Of a DNA stretch of 64,000 bases, positions 22,070 to 31,428 are shown one piece after another. How positions within the stretch are numbered: the stretch's first letter is position 1; every line of letters begins with the position of its first letter. The stretch comes from an uncultured Verrucomicrobiae bacterium (GTDB lineage: Bacteria; Verrucomicrobiota; Verrucomicrobiia; Chthoniobacterales; JAFAMB01). Location: contig CAWEXO010000011.1 of NCBI GenBank assembly GCA_963813025.1, positions 448,001 to 512,000 on the forward strand, read 5' to 3'. The position numbers and the translations under genes are program-made. The notes beneath the pieces were generated by a model. The model worked only from the letters and a program-made list of their open reading frames with translations. It was not told the DNA's origin and did no database searches.

Positions 22070-22546
22070 TGTCTCCTGCTGGTGTTCTTGATTCGCTTGT
22101 CGCATAACGACCTGCCGCGAGATTTCTCACGTCACCAGTGACATCCGTGTCGCCGGGGGTCAGGAAAATCAAGGCCTTTGGTCAAGGTCTCTGGGCGACA
22201 CCCGATTGGACGTCTCGCCCGATTCGGTGTCAATGAGAAATTGCGATGTGCGCGATCAGTCTGACTGAGGCGACCTTTTGGACCACCGCTATTGCAAACG
22301 CCGGCTACGGAAACGATTCTGCATTGCCGCATCTGTTCCGGCATCAGATCATCACTTTTCTGACCCGCAAAGGAATCATCAGATAGCCTTACTGCAATCG
22401 AGGTGACACCGAAATTGCGAGGCCGTCCAATTGGCGTGTTGCCCAGAGATCTTCGACCGAAGGCCTTCCCTCTGCCCCCGGCGACTCGGAGGTATCCCGT
22501 AGCAGGTCGTTTAGGCGACAAATCATCCAACCCCTTGGAGGAGACA

Positions 22547-22901
22547 ATGAAAATGCGCTTAATAGTTGCCCTTGTATGATTTGTTTAGGACCCTAGTCCT
22601 TGCCTTGAATAGTCATACTCCATCCTCCGGTTGCCCACATCTCATTGCCAGCCGTTCCTAATAACGTGAGGGGAATTCTCATCGACCGTGACGATTTCGT
22701 TGCTGTGATGAAATTGCTTGAACTGGTCTTCCCAATATGTCTCGATGGCCTGCCGACCGTTAACCGGTCCCGTGTCAGCAAAGCTGATTGCCAATCCTTG
22801 AGGGATACTGGTCAGTGATTCGTGAGGGCGATGATTGGAAGATCCGGATGCTGACCTCCAACGTAACCCCAGCACCGGCACCGGCTACTCAGACGAAGTA
22901 G
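22547..22901 (+). pseudogene. Second DUF4440 paralogue with an inverted central segment
   Basis: MKMRLIVALV on +, GLAISFA...GTAGNEMWATGGWS on - (22577-22797), GYWSVIREGDDWKIRMLTSNVTP* back on +. Confidence 0.8.
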
Positions 22902-23327
22902 ATGATGTTGGGTGTTGGGGAGCAGCGGAGCAGAAAACCGGTTTAATGCAAATTTCAAGCCGAAATGGTGGATAGCGCCTTCCAGGTCTTCCGGCTTGCA
23001 CACATCGAACGCCTGCACTTTGACATTGTGTTTCTCGGCCGTGGCTTCTCTGACCGAAAATAGATGCTCGTTCCCCGGATACGTCTTGTTAGCGAGCACT
23101 GCCAGCGGGGAGGTCGACCTTCAATGATAAGGCCCCTCTGTATACGATTTTTTTCTTTTTCGAAGATCGGTGTTCGAGCATCGCAATCGAAAATGCGTCG
23201 GAACCCGGCGACGTGTACAATGCATGGTCCAGAAACGCCGAAATAGAAATCTTACGTTAAGCGGATTTGGCGTTGCCTCACGAATGCTTTCTCCTGACAG
23301 AGCAAGATTTCGTGTTATGGAGGAGCC

Positions 23328-23717
23328 ATGATCCCGACCAACGCTACCATCATCCGAAAGGCGTACGACGACTTCGCTAATGGCGACATCCCCGCGGTCC
23401 TTGCGGCATTTGACACATCGATCACCTGGCATGTGCCTGGTCATGGTCCGTTGTCGGGCGATTACAAGGGCCACGACGAGATCGTGGGATTTTTCAAACA
23501 AACCTTGGCACTGTCCGGGGGTATCTTCGCCATCGAGGTTCATCATCTCCTTGCCGAAGAAGATGTGGTGGTAGTGCTCGTAACCGTGAAGGCGGAACGC
23601 AACAGTCGTTCCGCGGCATTCCCGGAAGTGCATGTATGGCGGCTTGCGAATGAAAAAGTCACCGAGTTCCGCGAATTCCAAGGGGACGAGCAGACAGAGG
23701 ATCGCTTTTGGTCGTAG
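23328..23717 (+). CDS. SnoaL-like/NTF2-family protein
   Basis: IIRKAYDDFANGDIPAVL...ITWHVPG..PLSGDYKGHDEI; GGAG RBS. Confidence 0.88.
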   Translation: MIPTNATIIRKAYDDFANGDIPAVLAAFDTSITWHVPGHGPLSGDYKGHDEIVGFFKQTLALSGGIFAIEVHHLLAEEDVVVVLVTVKAERNSRSAAFPEVHVWRLANEKVTEFREFQGDEQTEDRFWS

Positions 23718-23882
23718 CGGACATCATTGATTGAAGCTGGGCCAGTCAGTCACGCTCGAGTCGATGAGCTTTGCAAGGAACTGGTCAGCCGCAGCTAGGT
23801 CTTTGCAAACGGTCTACGATTTAATTGCAAAAATCTAACCTCAAAATGTGCCAGTCTACGATTTACCTGCAATCGATAGCGG

Positions 23883-24115
23883 TCATGATTCACGTAGATA
23901 CAACTCGACTCTTTCCGTGGTCCAAGTAGCAACACTGCTGCCGAAGAAATCCTGATCCTCTGTCCAAATCGGGAAATCGAGTAATCGAGCCACCGCGACT
24001 ATCGGCCAATCGTCCGGGTCCCGAGTAAGGACGCACTCTCGGGGCAAGGTTTTCGTAGTCCTCATATAGGTGTGGCGAACTGAGAACATAATCGGCTCGA
24101 ACCGACAAGATCCGC
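23883..24115 (-). pseudogene. PIN-domain nuclease C-terminal fragment
   Basis: RDPDDWPIVAVARLLDFPIWTEDQDFFG. Confidence 0.7.
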
Positions 24116-24169
24116 GGTTTTGAAAACCGAAGTACGTGAGAATCAGGGTCGCTCAAAACCACATTCGGC

Positions 24170-24413
24170 GAGAATGAAATGATTCGGGTGTTGGGAGCAA
24201 CGGAGCTCCGCATTTTGCTCCGTTGCTCCTGGTTCGCGCAGGATACGAGCTGGTTGAGAGCTCAACCAGGTTGTACCGGTCATCGATTCTCCCGTTCCTC
24301 TGCCTTGCGGCCCTGGGAAAATATCCGCCGTGTTTCAAGCCTGTCCCGATCGCAAAATCCAGTCCGACTTGATCCGCCCCGGTTTGACCACCTGATATGA
24401 TTTTGCGAAGCAT
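24170..24413 (-). pseudogene. SLOG / putative molybdenum carrier family fragment
   Basis: MLRKIISGGQTGADQVGLDFAI...HGGY...YPARTRSN, then degenerate. Confidence 0.7.
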
Positions 24414-24444
24414 TTGAGCATCTCGTCGCTTCAGCGTTTCAATC

Positions 24445-25032
24445 TTAATTGAAAACAAACGGCTCGTGCCGTGAATTCCTGCTTGTGTCACGGCAATCAA
24501 GCAAAGCGACTCGCGGGCTTCTCATCCCCAAATAAGACATCGGCGCCTGGTTCAATGAGTCTTCGACCTTTCGTAGTTGGTCCCCTTCCAACGGCGGTGC
24601 GGCTTCCTCCAGGTAGCCACGCAAAAGATAGATTAAATCGTTCTGACTGCCGATAATATGACGGTTCGTCCGCTTACTAAAACGGAACGTTGTGGATGAA
24701 AATGGCGCAAGGCCGGACAACCCCAGCTCGCGAGTCAATTCTTCACGGCGCCTGTGAAACTCTTCCACTACCGGAGCCAGGGAGCGTCGATAGCCTGAGG
24801 AGACGACAAACGTAAAAAAACAATCCTCTTCGCAAAACAGGACAAAGCGACCAAGGCGCGATACGGAACAGACATCCACGCTCCAGTTTGCCAGCATGTC
24901 AGGTCTCTTCTCCCCATAGCTTTCTCCGGCCAGTTCGCAGCGAAAAAGCCGCGCGAAACGGCCAGAAACGTGCAGCAGCAACACGCTCAAAGGGAACTCG
25001 ACCTCGTTCGTACTATTCGTTTTGGCTGCCAT
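24445..25032 (-). CDS. Hypothetical protein (DUF6933-like)
   Basis: LANWSVD...KRTNRHIIGSQNDL...LNQAPMSYL; family name recalled, not searched. Confidence 0.55.
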   Translation of the reverse strand: MAAKTNSTNEVEFPLSVLLLHVSGRFARLFRCELAGESYGEKRPDMLANWSVDVCSVSRLGRFVLFCEEDCFFTFVVSSGYRRSLAPVVEEFHRRREELTRELGLSGLAPFSSTTFRFSKRTNRHIIGSQNDLIYLLRGYLEEAAPPLEGDQLRKVEDSLNQAPMSYLGMRSPRVALLDCRDTSRNSRHEPFVFN

Positions 25033-25079
25033 GAGTTTCCCGAAAAAAAAGCAATCGCGCAACCTCCGAAGATCCAGAC

Positions 25080-25388
25080 ATCGAATTTCTTTTCGCCGAT
25101 TTCCATCAACGGTCCAGTCGGTAACGCCAATAATCCGGATCTCGTCGATCATGTTTGACCGCTAAGATCATGATGTCGCGGTCCCTGAATGTGTATAATA
25201 TCGAGTACGGAAATTTCGAAACCGGCAAGCTCGCACGCCAGGCCCAAATTCCCGGAAACGGTCCGGCCTAAGAATAATTGCCGCGATGGCCGTTTCGACG
25301 GCATGACGAACCTTTCAGCTGTTCGGTCATAAAACAAGAGGGCTTCGCGAAACTCGTCTCGAGCGTCAGGATGAAGCAGGAAACTCAC
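25080..25388 (-). pseudogene. RelE/ParE-family toxin, frameshifted
   Basis: VSFLLHPDARDEFREALLFYD then shifted AVETAIAAIILRPDRF...GVRACR...IDEIRIIGV; GTGA overlap with the antitoxin. Confidence 0.7.
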
Positions 25389-25613
25389 TGTTGAGCCAAC
25401 TGCTTCGCTAGCTGATGCATTTCCTTTAGCACCTGCTCGCCATCAAGAGGAGCCACTTCTCCGGACTCGATTTGGCGTATCCGCTCTTGAGCAATCGCGG
25501 CCCATTCACGTTCCGTAGCAGGTTCATATCCACCGAGCCAATCGCGAAGCTCCTCTTTTTCCTCGGGGGCCAGCTCTTCAATCGCTTTCTGGATTTTCAG
25601 TCAACCTGCTCAT
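25385..25613 (-). pseudogene. Addiction-module antitoxin with an early 1-nt frameshift
   Basis: Repaired translation MSRLTEIQKAIEELAPEEKEELRDWL...EWAAIAQERIRQIESGEV. Confidence 0.7.
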
Positions 25614-25721
25614 GCTCAAAAGGATCGGTTCAACTCTCTCCGAGCTTCTCACCCTTCCCTTTTTAGGTGGTCGGAACGCAGGTTATGTAGGACTAAACGT
25701 TAGGCGAGGCTAAATTTGTCT

Positions 25722-26804
25722 TGTCGTTTTGCGAATTATTTGGCCTAACTTTTTGCGCACTACTTGGCATAATTAACTTGCGGTCCCGACTCAATCGCCC
25801 CCTTGCAGGTGGCGTTAGCGGTCGCCGGCAACCATAACTCAAGCAAAGCGAACACAGATGCCATCAAGTGCGAGCCTCGTGAGATCGGTGGCCCATGTCT
25901 CGCCGGCTGATACCGGAAGTGCACGCGTCAGCGTTCCGGTCGTGACGATTTCACCAGCTGCGAGTGGCGGATTGACCTGATCGCGCGAGAGAATATCGAC
26001 GAGATGACGCAGTGCCGACAGAGGTCCACCCAATAAATTCGTAGCGCGACCGTGATCCGCGACCTTGCCGTTGCGCTTCAGATCGATTTCGAAACTCGAA
26101 AGCGTCCGGCTCCAATCCTCGGCGTGCGCTGCGATTGAATGACGAGGCCCAATAAGCAACGCACCGTGCAGTCCGAACGCCGCGACCGTGTCAGACGCGG
26201 AAAACTTCCATCCAGGAAAGATTCGACTGCACGATTTCGAAATCGTGTCCGACCCAGTCGATGCACGCAAGCAATGCTGTCTCGTCCATGCCCGGAATCG
26301 GCGCCGATGCAAGCCTGAAGGCGATCTCCGGCTCTATTCGCGGCTCAGCGAGACCTGTGAGTGAAAACGTATCGCCGATCTCGGCGAGGTTGTGTACCGT
26401 GCGGTCATAAACATATCCCCAGACCGGTTCAGAGACATTGTATTCGGCCCAAATCGTGCGATTCGTGAAGCCAATTTTGCGTCCCACCGGCATCTCGCCG
26501 CGCGTCTCGCGCATCTGCCTTATTGCAGCAGTCATGCGGTAAGCATCGTCGAGATCGAACGCAGGAAGGCGCGCAGAGAATGGCGAGATCTGGTGGCAGG
26601 TATCGAGGGCGGCCAACGCTTCGGCACCGATCGCCTGCAGTTCGGTTAGTCCGTTTGTATTGCCGTTAGTCATTACGACAACATGTGCGTCGATTGCAAG
26701 GAGTATTCGACGAGGTTCTGGGCGTCAAGTATGCAGGTAATTGATCCGCGCCATTGTGCCAAATATCGAGCAAACTTCTATGCCAAATAATTCGCAAAGT
26801 GACA
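25722..26804. mobile_element. Non-autonomous element with Tn402/Tn5053/Tn7-like TGT...ACA ends
   Basis: Left end TGTCGTTTTGCGAATTATTTGGC; right end (reverse complement) TGTCACTTTGCGAATTATTTGGC; each followed by a second related ~20-bp repeat. Confidence 0.7.
25839..26673 (-). pseudogene. 2-keto-4-pentenoate hydratase / FAH-family protein, frameshifted near 26220
   Basis: GRKIGFTN, EPRIEPEIAF, then GEIVTTGTLT in the next frame. Confidence 0.82.
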
Positions 26805-26974
26805 TCACATCCGAATAATACCGTCTGGTCGTCAGATATAGTTCCCGGTCAGGGTTGATGCGCTCCCAACCACAGCAAGCCTGTCCCTACGCGTTTTTGT
26901 TATGGTGAATAGCTTGATGGGATCGACTTGCGTCGCCGTTGAGAATGCTTAACTGTGTTTGCCAAGTTCAGGCT

Positions 26975-28740
26975 TCACAAACACTTCGCATCCGCCGTTT
27001 TGCGGTCGAACGGCATTGCGTGCGCAGGTGTTCGACCCCGCCATTTGCGCGTTCCGGAGGTGGGGCCGTCGATCTGCCGTCGCGCTACATCGGGACGGAC
27101 GAGCAGGCCGGAATCTTCTGCAGTTAGAGGAATCTGTACACCTGAGCGAAGTCCGCGATAGCGAGAAGTAGATTCATCGTAGTTTTCGGCATAGGCAAAA
27201 GCATCCTGCTCCCATGTCAAGAGCGCAAGCCCCGCGCGAATAGCATTCACCAGAACGTTAGTTGTCTATAGACGCGGCAGGTAGAGATAACGACCGAAGT
27301 CCTCTGGAGAGTTGCCGGATCGGGACGTGGTTCCCACGCCATAAGGGTACGCGATCCATTTCCATACGCAGGCGTGAAGCGGCAAAGTTGACCACGAGCA
27401 ATTCATCATTCTTAAGCTTCTTGCTGGCACGCTCCGCAAGTCCGGTGTTCCCTGATAGACGGATCGTCTGCCAGGTAACAGGATCCACCACCTTATCTGG
27501 GTCTCGCTTAAGCTGCTCGGCACGATCCACGGCGAGTTTCCTCACAGTGGGCTGGGTCGAATAGCAGCCGCGCGGGCCGTCCTGGTAGAGATAGGTTGCG
27601 GCTGCAGCGAGTCGTCGCAAAGCATCCCCGAACACCGGAGGGGGTTCACCAGGCATTACACAGCCGAGCTTCAAGCGGCAAACTGGGACCGTCGATGTCC
27701 TTTCGATGATCGGCACCCAACTGTCGGGGAGATAACGCGTGAGTTCGAACTGTACGCGCGAATCGTCGATCGGGATGTTGGCCGGAAGGATCAGGGGATT
27801 CTTGTCGCCCTTATCCCATAGGCTGTGAAGCACTGCGGCCATGCGCCGCAAGGACACCACGTGTGCGTTGAAACTTCACCAAGGTCGACCAGTCGGTGTA
27901 CAGCCGGTCAAAAATCTCCGGGTGGATGGGATATGCAGCCTTAACCCGTTTCTCATAATCGGCTTCATGGCACTCAGGTGGAAACTCCTGGTGCTGAATC
28001 CGGTGGAACTCGGCGAAAGCCCGCGCCACCACGTCGCGGTCCTTAAATTGTGCCTGCTCGGCGAGGGGCTCGAATAGTCGACGGCGCACGATCTCGAAGC
28101 CCTTCCTCGGCACTGGCTTGCCGCCACGAAGACTCTACGCGCCCTACTACATTGCGCAGCCGGTCCAAGGCCTCGCGCCCGCGTCGTCCTCCGACCTCCG
28201 TATCATCAGCCTGGGTGTGCGGTGAGCCAGCCGTGTCAGAGACTGGCAAACTGATGACGAGCAGGCAATTCTTAACCAGCTTGGCCGGTTCGGTGAGGAT
28301 CTGAGCGAATGTAAATTGTGTCTCAAAGCCGCCTGCTGGCAAGTCGCTCTGATCGTGAAGCTGGCGTGCATAGGCGACCCACTCATCGATCAGGACTAGA
28401 CAGGGGCCGTACTCGTTGAAGAGTTCGCGTAGAACATCGCCGGGGCTCGTGGCCTTCTCGTCGTCGGAACTGACGCGCTCGAAGGCTTTCTTTCCGCCAA
28501 GCTGCCAGGCGAGCTCACCCGAAAGAGTGCCCACGATCGTGCCATCTGGCTTTTCTATAGGATTACCCGGTGAGATCTTGTTCCCCACCAAAACCACCCG
28601 TCTGACCGTCGGAAGCTTATCAATCGCTGCTTCCTGAAGTACGGTATCGATTCCAACCAAATCACTCGATTTCGTTCCCGAGAACAGGTGGTAAAGCGCA
28701 AGCATGGAGTGCGTTTTGCCGCCTCCGAAATTAGCTTGCC
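26975..28740 (-). pseudogene. DUF499 AAA+ ATPase relic with multiple frameshifts and internal deletions
   Basis: NFGGGKTHSMLALYHL (Walker A), LVLIDEWVAY (Walker B), FEIVRRRLF, AYPIHPEIFDRLY, KFQRTRGVL. Confidence 0.85.
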
Positions 28741-28875
28741 GCTTTCCCGCGCCAGGCGGGTGATCTCGGGCCAGCTTTGCACGAGGCCATTATAAGAAAG
28801 CGCCTCCTGCGCACGTTTCTTGCGCTCGCACACCGTGTAGAGGCGATAGGCCAGTTCGCGGGCGATCTCCGCCTT
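28741..28875 (-). pseudogene. DUF1156 adenine methylase C-terminal fragment
   Basis: AEIARELAYRLYTVCERKKRAQEALSYNGLVQSWPEI, the usual upstream partner of DUF499. Confidence 0.7.
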
Positions 28876-28895
28876 CCTAGGGCAACGATATTTAT

Positions 28896-29150
28896 CTACC
28901 AGCGGTGCCAACGGCGCCAGCGATGATATCGCCGCCAATACCAATAGCCATACGGACGCCGGTAATAGTAAGGACGATAAAAGCCGGGACCGTACCAGGC
29001 ATATGGATAATAGCCCCCATAATACGCCGGGGGTCCCCAGAATCCTGGACCAACTGATATACTAAAGCCGACTGAACCAGCCTTGGCCGGATGCGGCGAA
29101 AATGCGCACAACCCGATAACGGCCAGGGTAAGAAGAAGAATTCGTTTCAT
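28896..29150 (-). CDS. Small secreted Gly/Tyr/Trp/Arg-rich protein
   Basis: Signal peptide ending in AKA; mature part GSVGFSISVGPG...YYRRPYGYWYWRRYHRWRRWHRW. Confidence 0.8.
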   Translation of the reverse strand: MKRILLLTLAVIGLCAFSPHPAKAGSVGFSISVGPGFWGPPAYYGGYYPYAWYGPGFYRPYYYRRPYGYWYWRRYHRWRRWHRW

Positions 29151-29529
29151 AGCAGATCAATTTCGATCTTATTGGACGGAGCTTATCCCGTGCCTATTCG
29201 GTTGGTCTGTGTCTGAAACGCCCGGTGAGCACGGCAACTGTGGCGCTCCAAACAAATTCTCGCCGGGCGCTCGTCCGCCAAGGCGGATCGCCCTGCCGGC
29301 ACAGCGGCGCTTCGGCTCAGCCTGACATCGCGATCCTTGGCAGTCAAAAAAGGCAATAAAATCACGGGAAGCTGGTTCCATCCGTACTCGACGTATCGAT
29401 GAACCGCTGACCTCCTGTTCCAAATACGTGATTTGAGTTTTTCACTTTCGAGAATGCAAAAAGCCCGCGGAAAAGTCCGCAGGCTTTGCTTTGCTGGCCC
29501 AAAGGGCCAGAAAACTGGGGCAAACGTTG

Positions 29530-29703
29530 CTAGGAAGATTTGTTGGTCTTCGCAGCGGAGGTCTTCTTGTGCTTATGGGTCATGGTCTTCTTCGCCTTTG
29601 TCGGGGAAGCCGCGGGTGAAGGTGAAGGAGATGGGTCGGCTGCAAAGGCAGCCACACTCGTCAGACCGATAACAGCAGCCAAAGCGAGAATGCTTTTCTT
29701 CAT
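29530..29703 (-). CDS. 57-aa secreted basic peptide (acid-shock protein Asr-like composition)
   Basis: MKKSILALAAVIGLTSVAAFAADPSPSPSPAASPTKAKKTMTHKHKKTSAAKTNKSS; below the ORF-track cutoff. Confidence 0.75.
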   Translation of the reverse strand: MKKSILALAAVIGLTSVAAFAADPSPSPSPAASPTKAKKTMTHKHKKTSAAKTNKSS

Positions 29704-29832
29704 TTTTTCTTAATCTATTGATGGTGCTCCGCCTGCGGTGCTGGCTCAGGAGCCAGGCCGCAGGTGATATTTCGCATCGATCGTCTTCGAACCAGGAAAC
29801 CGCTTCCTAGGTTCAGGAGATTCGAGCAAGAG

Positions 29833-30111
29833 TCAGTAATAGCGTTTCACTACGACCCTCCGGTAACCTGGACCGTAAAAAACCCGTCGCGCCACAAAGA
29901 TGCGGCGATACGGATAATACCCGTAGCCCGGGTAGTAGCCATAGGCTCTCCCGTAGAATACCGGGTAAGGACCACAGAACGGTCCGCCGGCATAAAACAC
30001 CGGGAACGGAAAACCGAACCCGAAGCTAAAATGCACTCCGGCTTGAGCCCGTGTCGGACATAGCACCAAGATGCCAAGCCCGGCTACCAAAAGGAGTAGC
30101 AATTTCTTCAT
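29833..30111 (-). CDS. Small secreted Gly/Tyr/Phe/Arg-rich protein
   Basis: GAGG RBS; signal peptide ending in AQA; mature part GVHFSFGFGFPFPVFY...GYYPGYGYYPYRR. Confidence 0.8.
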   Translation of the reverse strand: MKKLLLLLVAGLGILVLCPTRAQAGVHFSFGFGFPFPVFYAGGPFCGPYPVFYGRAYGYYPGYGYYPYRRIFVARRVFYGPGYRRVVVKRYY

Positions 30112-30266
30112 ACTTTCCTCACGTGACCTCAACCCGGGCGAACTTCGGAAGTTTCGGGAATTCTGGGATGTCGCCAAATAATACCCAAGCAATCGCAACG
30201 CGCGGCCTTGCGTGGCGCCCTTCCTTTTGGTACCTGAATCCACCCTCTGGGCAACAGAGAATACAC

Positions 30267-31355
30267 ATGGCAGGCTTACAGCTTCACGACGTCGTCAAAC
30301 GATTCGGCCAAACGGAGATCATTCACGGTATATCCTTACGGATCGAGGACGGCGAATTGGTGGTCTTTGTCGGCCCGTCGGGTTGCGGCAAGTCGACGCT
30401 CCTGCGCCTGATTGCCGGTCTGGAGGAACTGACCCAGGGCGAAGTTTTCATCGGCGGTCGTCCGGTCAATGATATTGACCCGGCCAACCGAGGGGTAGCG
30501 ATGGTTTTCCAGACCTATGCGCTCTATCCGCACATGACCGTGGAACAAAATATGGGTTTTGGCCTTCGCATGGCTAAACGGCCGAAAGCGGAGATCCGCG
30601 AGCGAGTCGAGCGCGCAGCAAAAATCCTCCATCTGACCCCTTACCTCAAACGCCGACCAAAAGAACTCTCCGGCGGCCAGCGCCAACGCGTGGCGATCGG
30701 GCGAGCGATCGTCCGGGAACCGCAGGTTTTTCTCTTCGATGAGCCGCTGTCCAACCTCGACGCAGAATTGCGAGTGCAGATGCGTATTGAGTTGGCGAAG
30801 CTGCACAGCGAACTCCAGACGACAATGATCTATGTGACACACGACCAGGTCGAAGCCATGACGTTGGCCGACAAAATCGTCGTGATTAATGAGGGCGCGA
30901 TCGAGCAGGTAGGACGCCCGATGGATCTTTACCAGACCCCGGCCAACCTGTTTGTTGCTGGATTTATCGGTGCACCCAGAATGAACTTTTTCTCGGTAAC
31001 TGCGGACGATCGGACCCCGGCCGGCTTGCGAATTCAAACCGACGATTTTTCCGATGAGACGGTCATTCTGCCGACTCGTACACAGCGAGTCATTCCGCGC
31101 GCAAAAGAACTGACCTTAGGGATCCGACCCGAGCACTTGCGAGTCACCGAGGCCGGTTACGGTAAAGGGCGACTGACGATCGAAGTGGTCGAGAGCCTCG
31201 GTGACAGTACTTATCTGCATGGGCTTACCCCAACCGGCAGCCGAATGACGATTAGCACCAAGGGATTTCATATCTACCGGCATCATGATGTAGTTGGCGT
31301 CGATTTCGAGGAGGCACACGCACATCTCTTCGAGCCGGGCGGACCGGTTGTCTGA
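30267..31355 (+). CDS. Sugar ABC transporter ATP-binding protein (MalK/UgpC family)
   Basis: GPSGCGKST, LSGGQRQRVA, FDEPLSNLD, YVTHDQVEAM, TOBE GIRPEH. Confidence 0.95.
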   Translation: MAGLQLHDVVKRFGQTEIIHGISLRIEDGELVVFVGPSGCGKSTLLRLIAGLEELTQGEVFIGGRPVNDIDPANRGVAMVFQTYALYPHMTVEQNMGFGLRMAKRPKAEIRERVERAAKILHLTPYLKRRPKELSGGQRQRVAIGRAIVREPQVFLFDEPLSNLDAELRVQMRIELAKLHSELQTTMIYVTHDQVEAMTLADKIVVINEGAIEQVGRPMDLYQTPANLFVAGFIGAPRMNFFSVTADDRTPAGLRIQTDDFSDETVILPTRTQRVIPRAKELTLGIRPEHLRVTEAGYGKGRLTIEVVESLGDSTYLHGLTPTGSRMTISTKGFHIYRHHDVVGVDFEEAHAHLFEPGGPVV

Positions 31356-31428
31356 AAACCGGCAGGAATTCCTCTACTCACTTGATTTAGCCAAAACTCC
31401 AGCGCACGCTGCAGCGACACGGGTCCCC

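Noticed and set aside
22960..23110. ABC substrate-binding protein fragment
   Set aside because: About 45 residues with weak recalled similarity; not supportable as a feature
13583..28881. CTTCCTAGG direct repeat near both island edges (13583 and 28873) as att site or TSD
   Set aside because: Only 9 bp, and a third copy occurs at 29803; not distinguishable from chance without an empty allele
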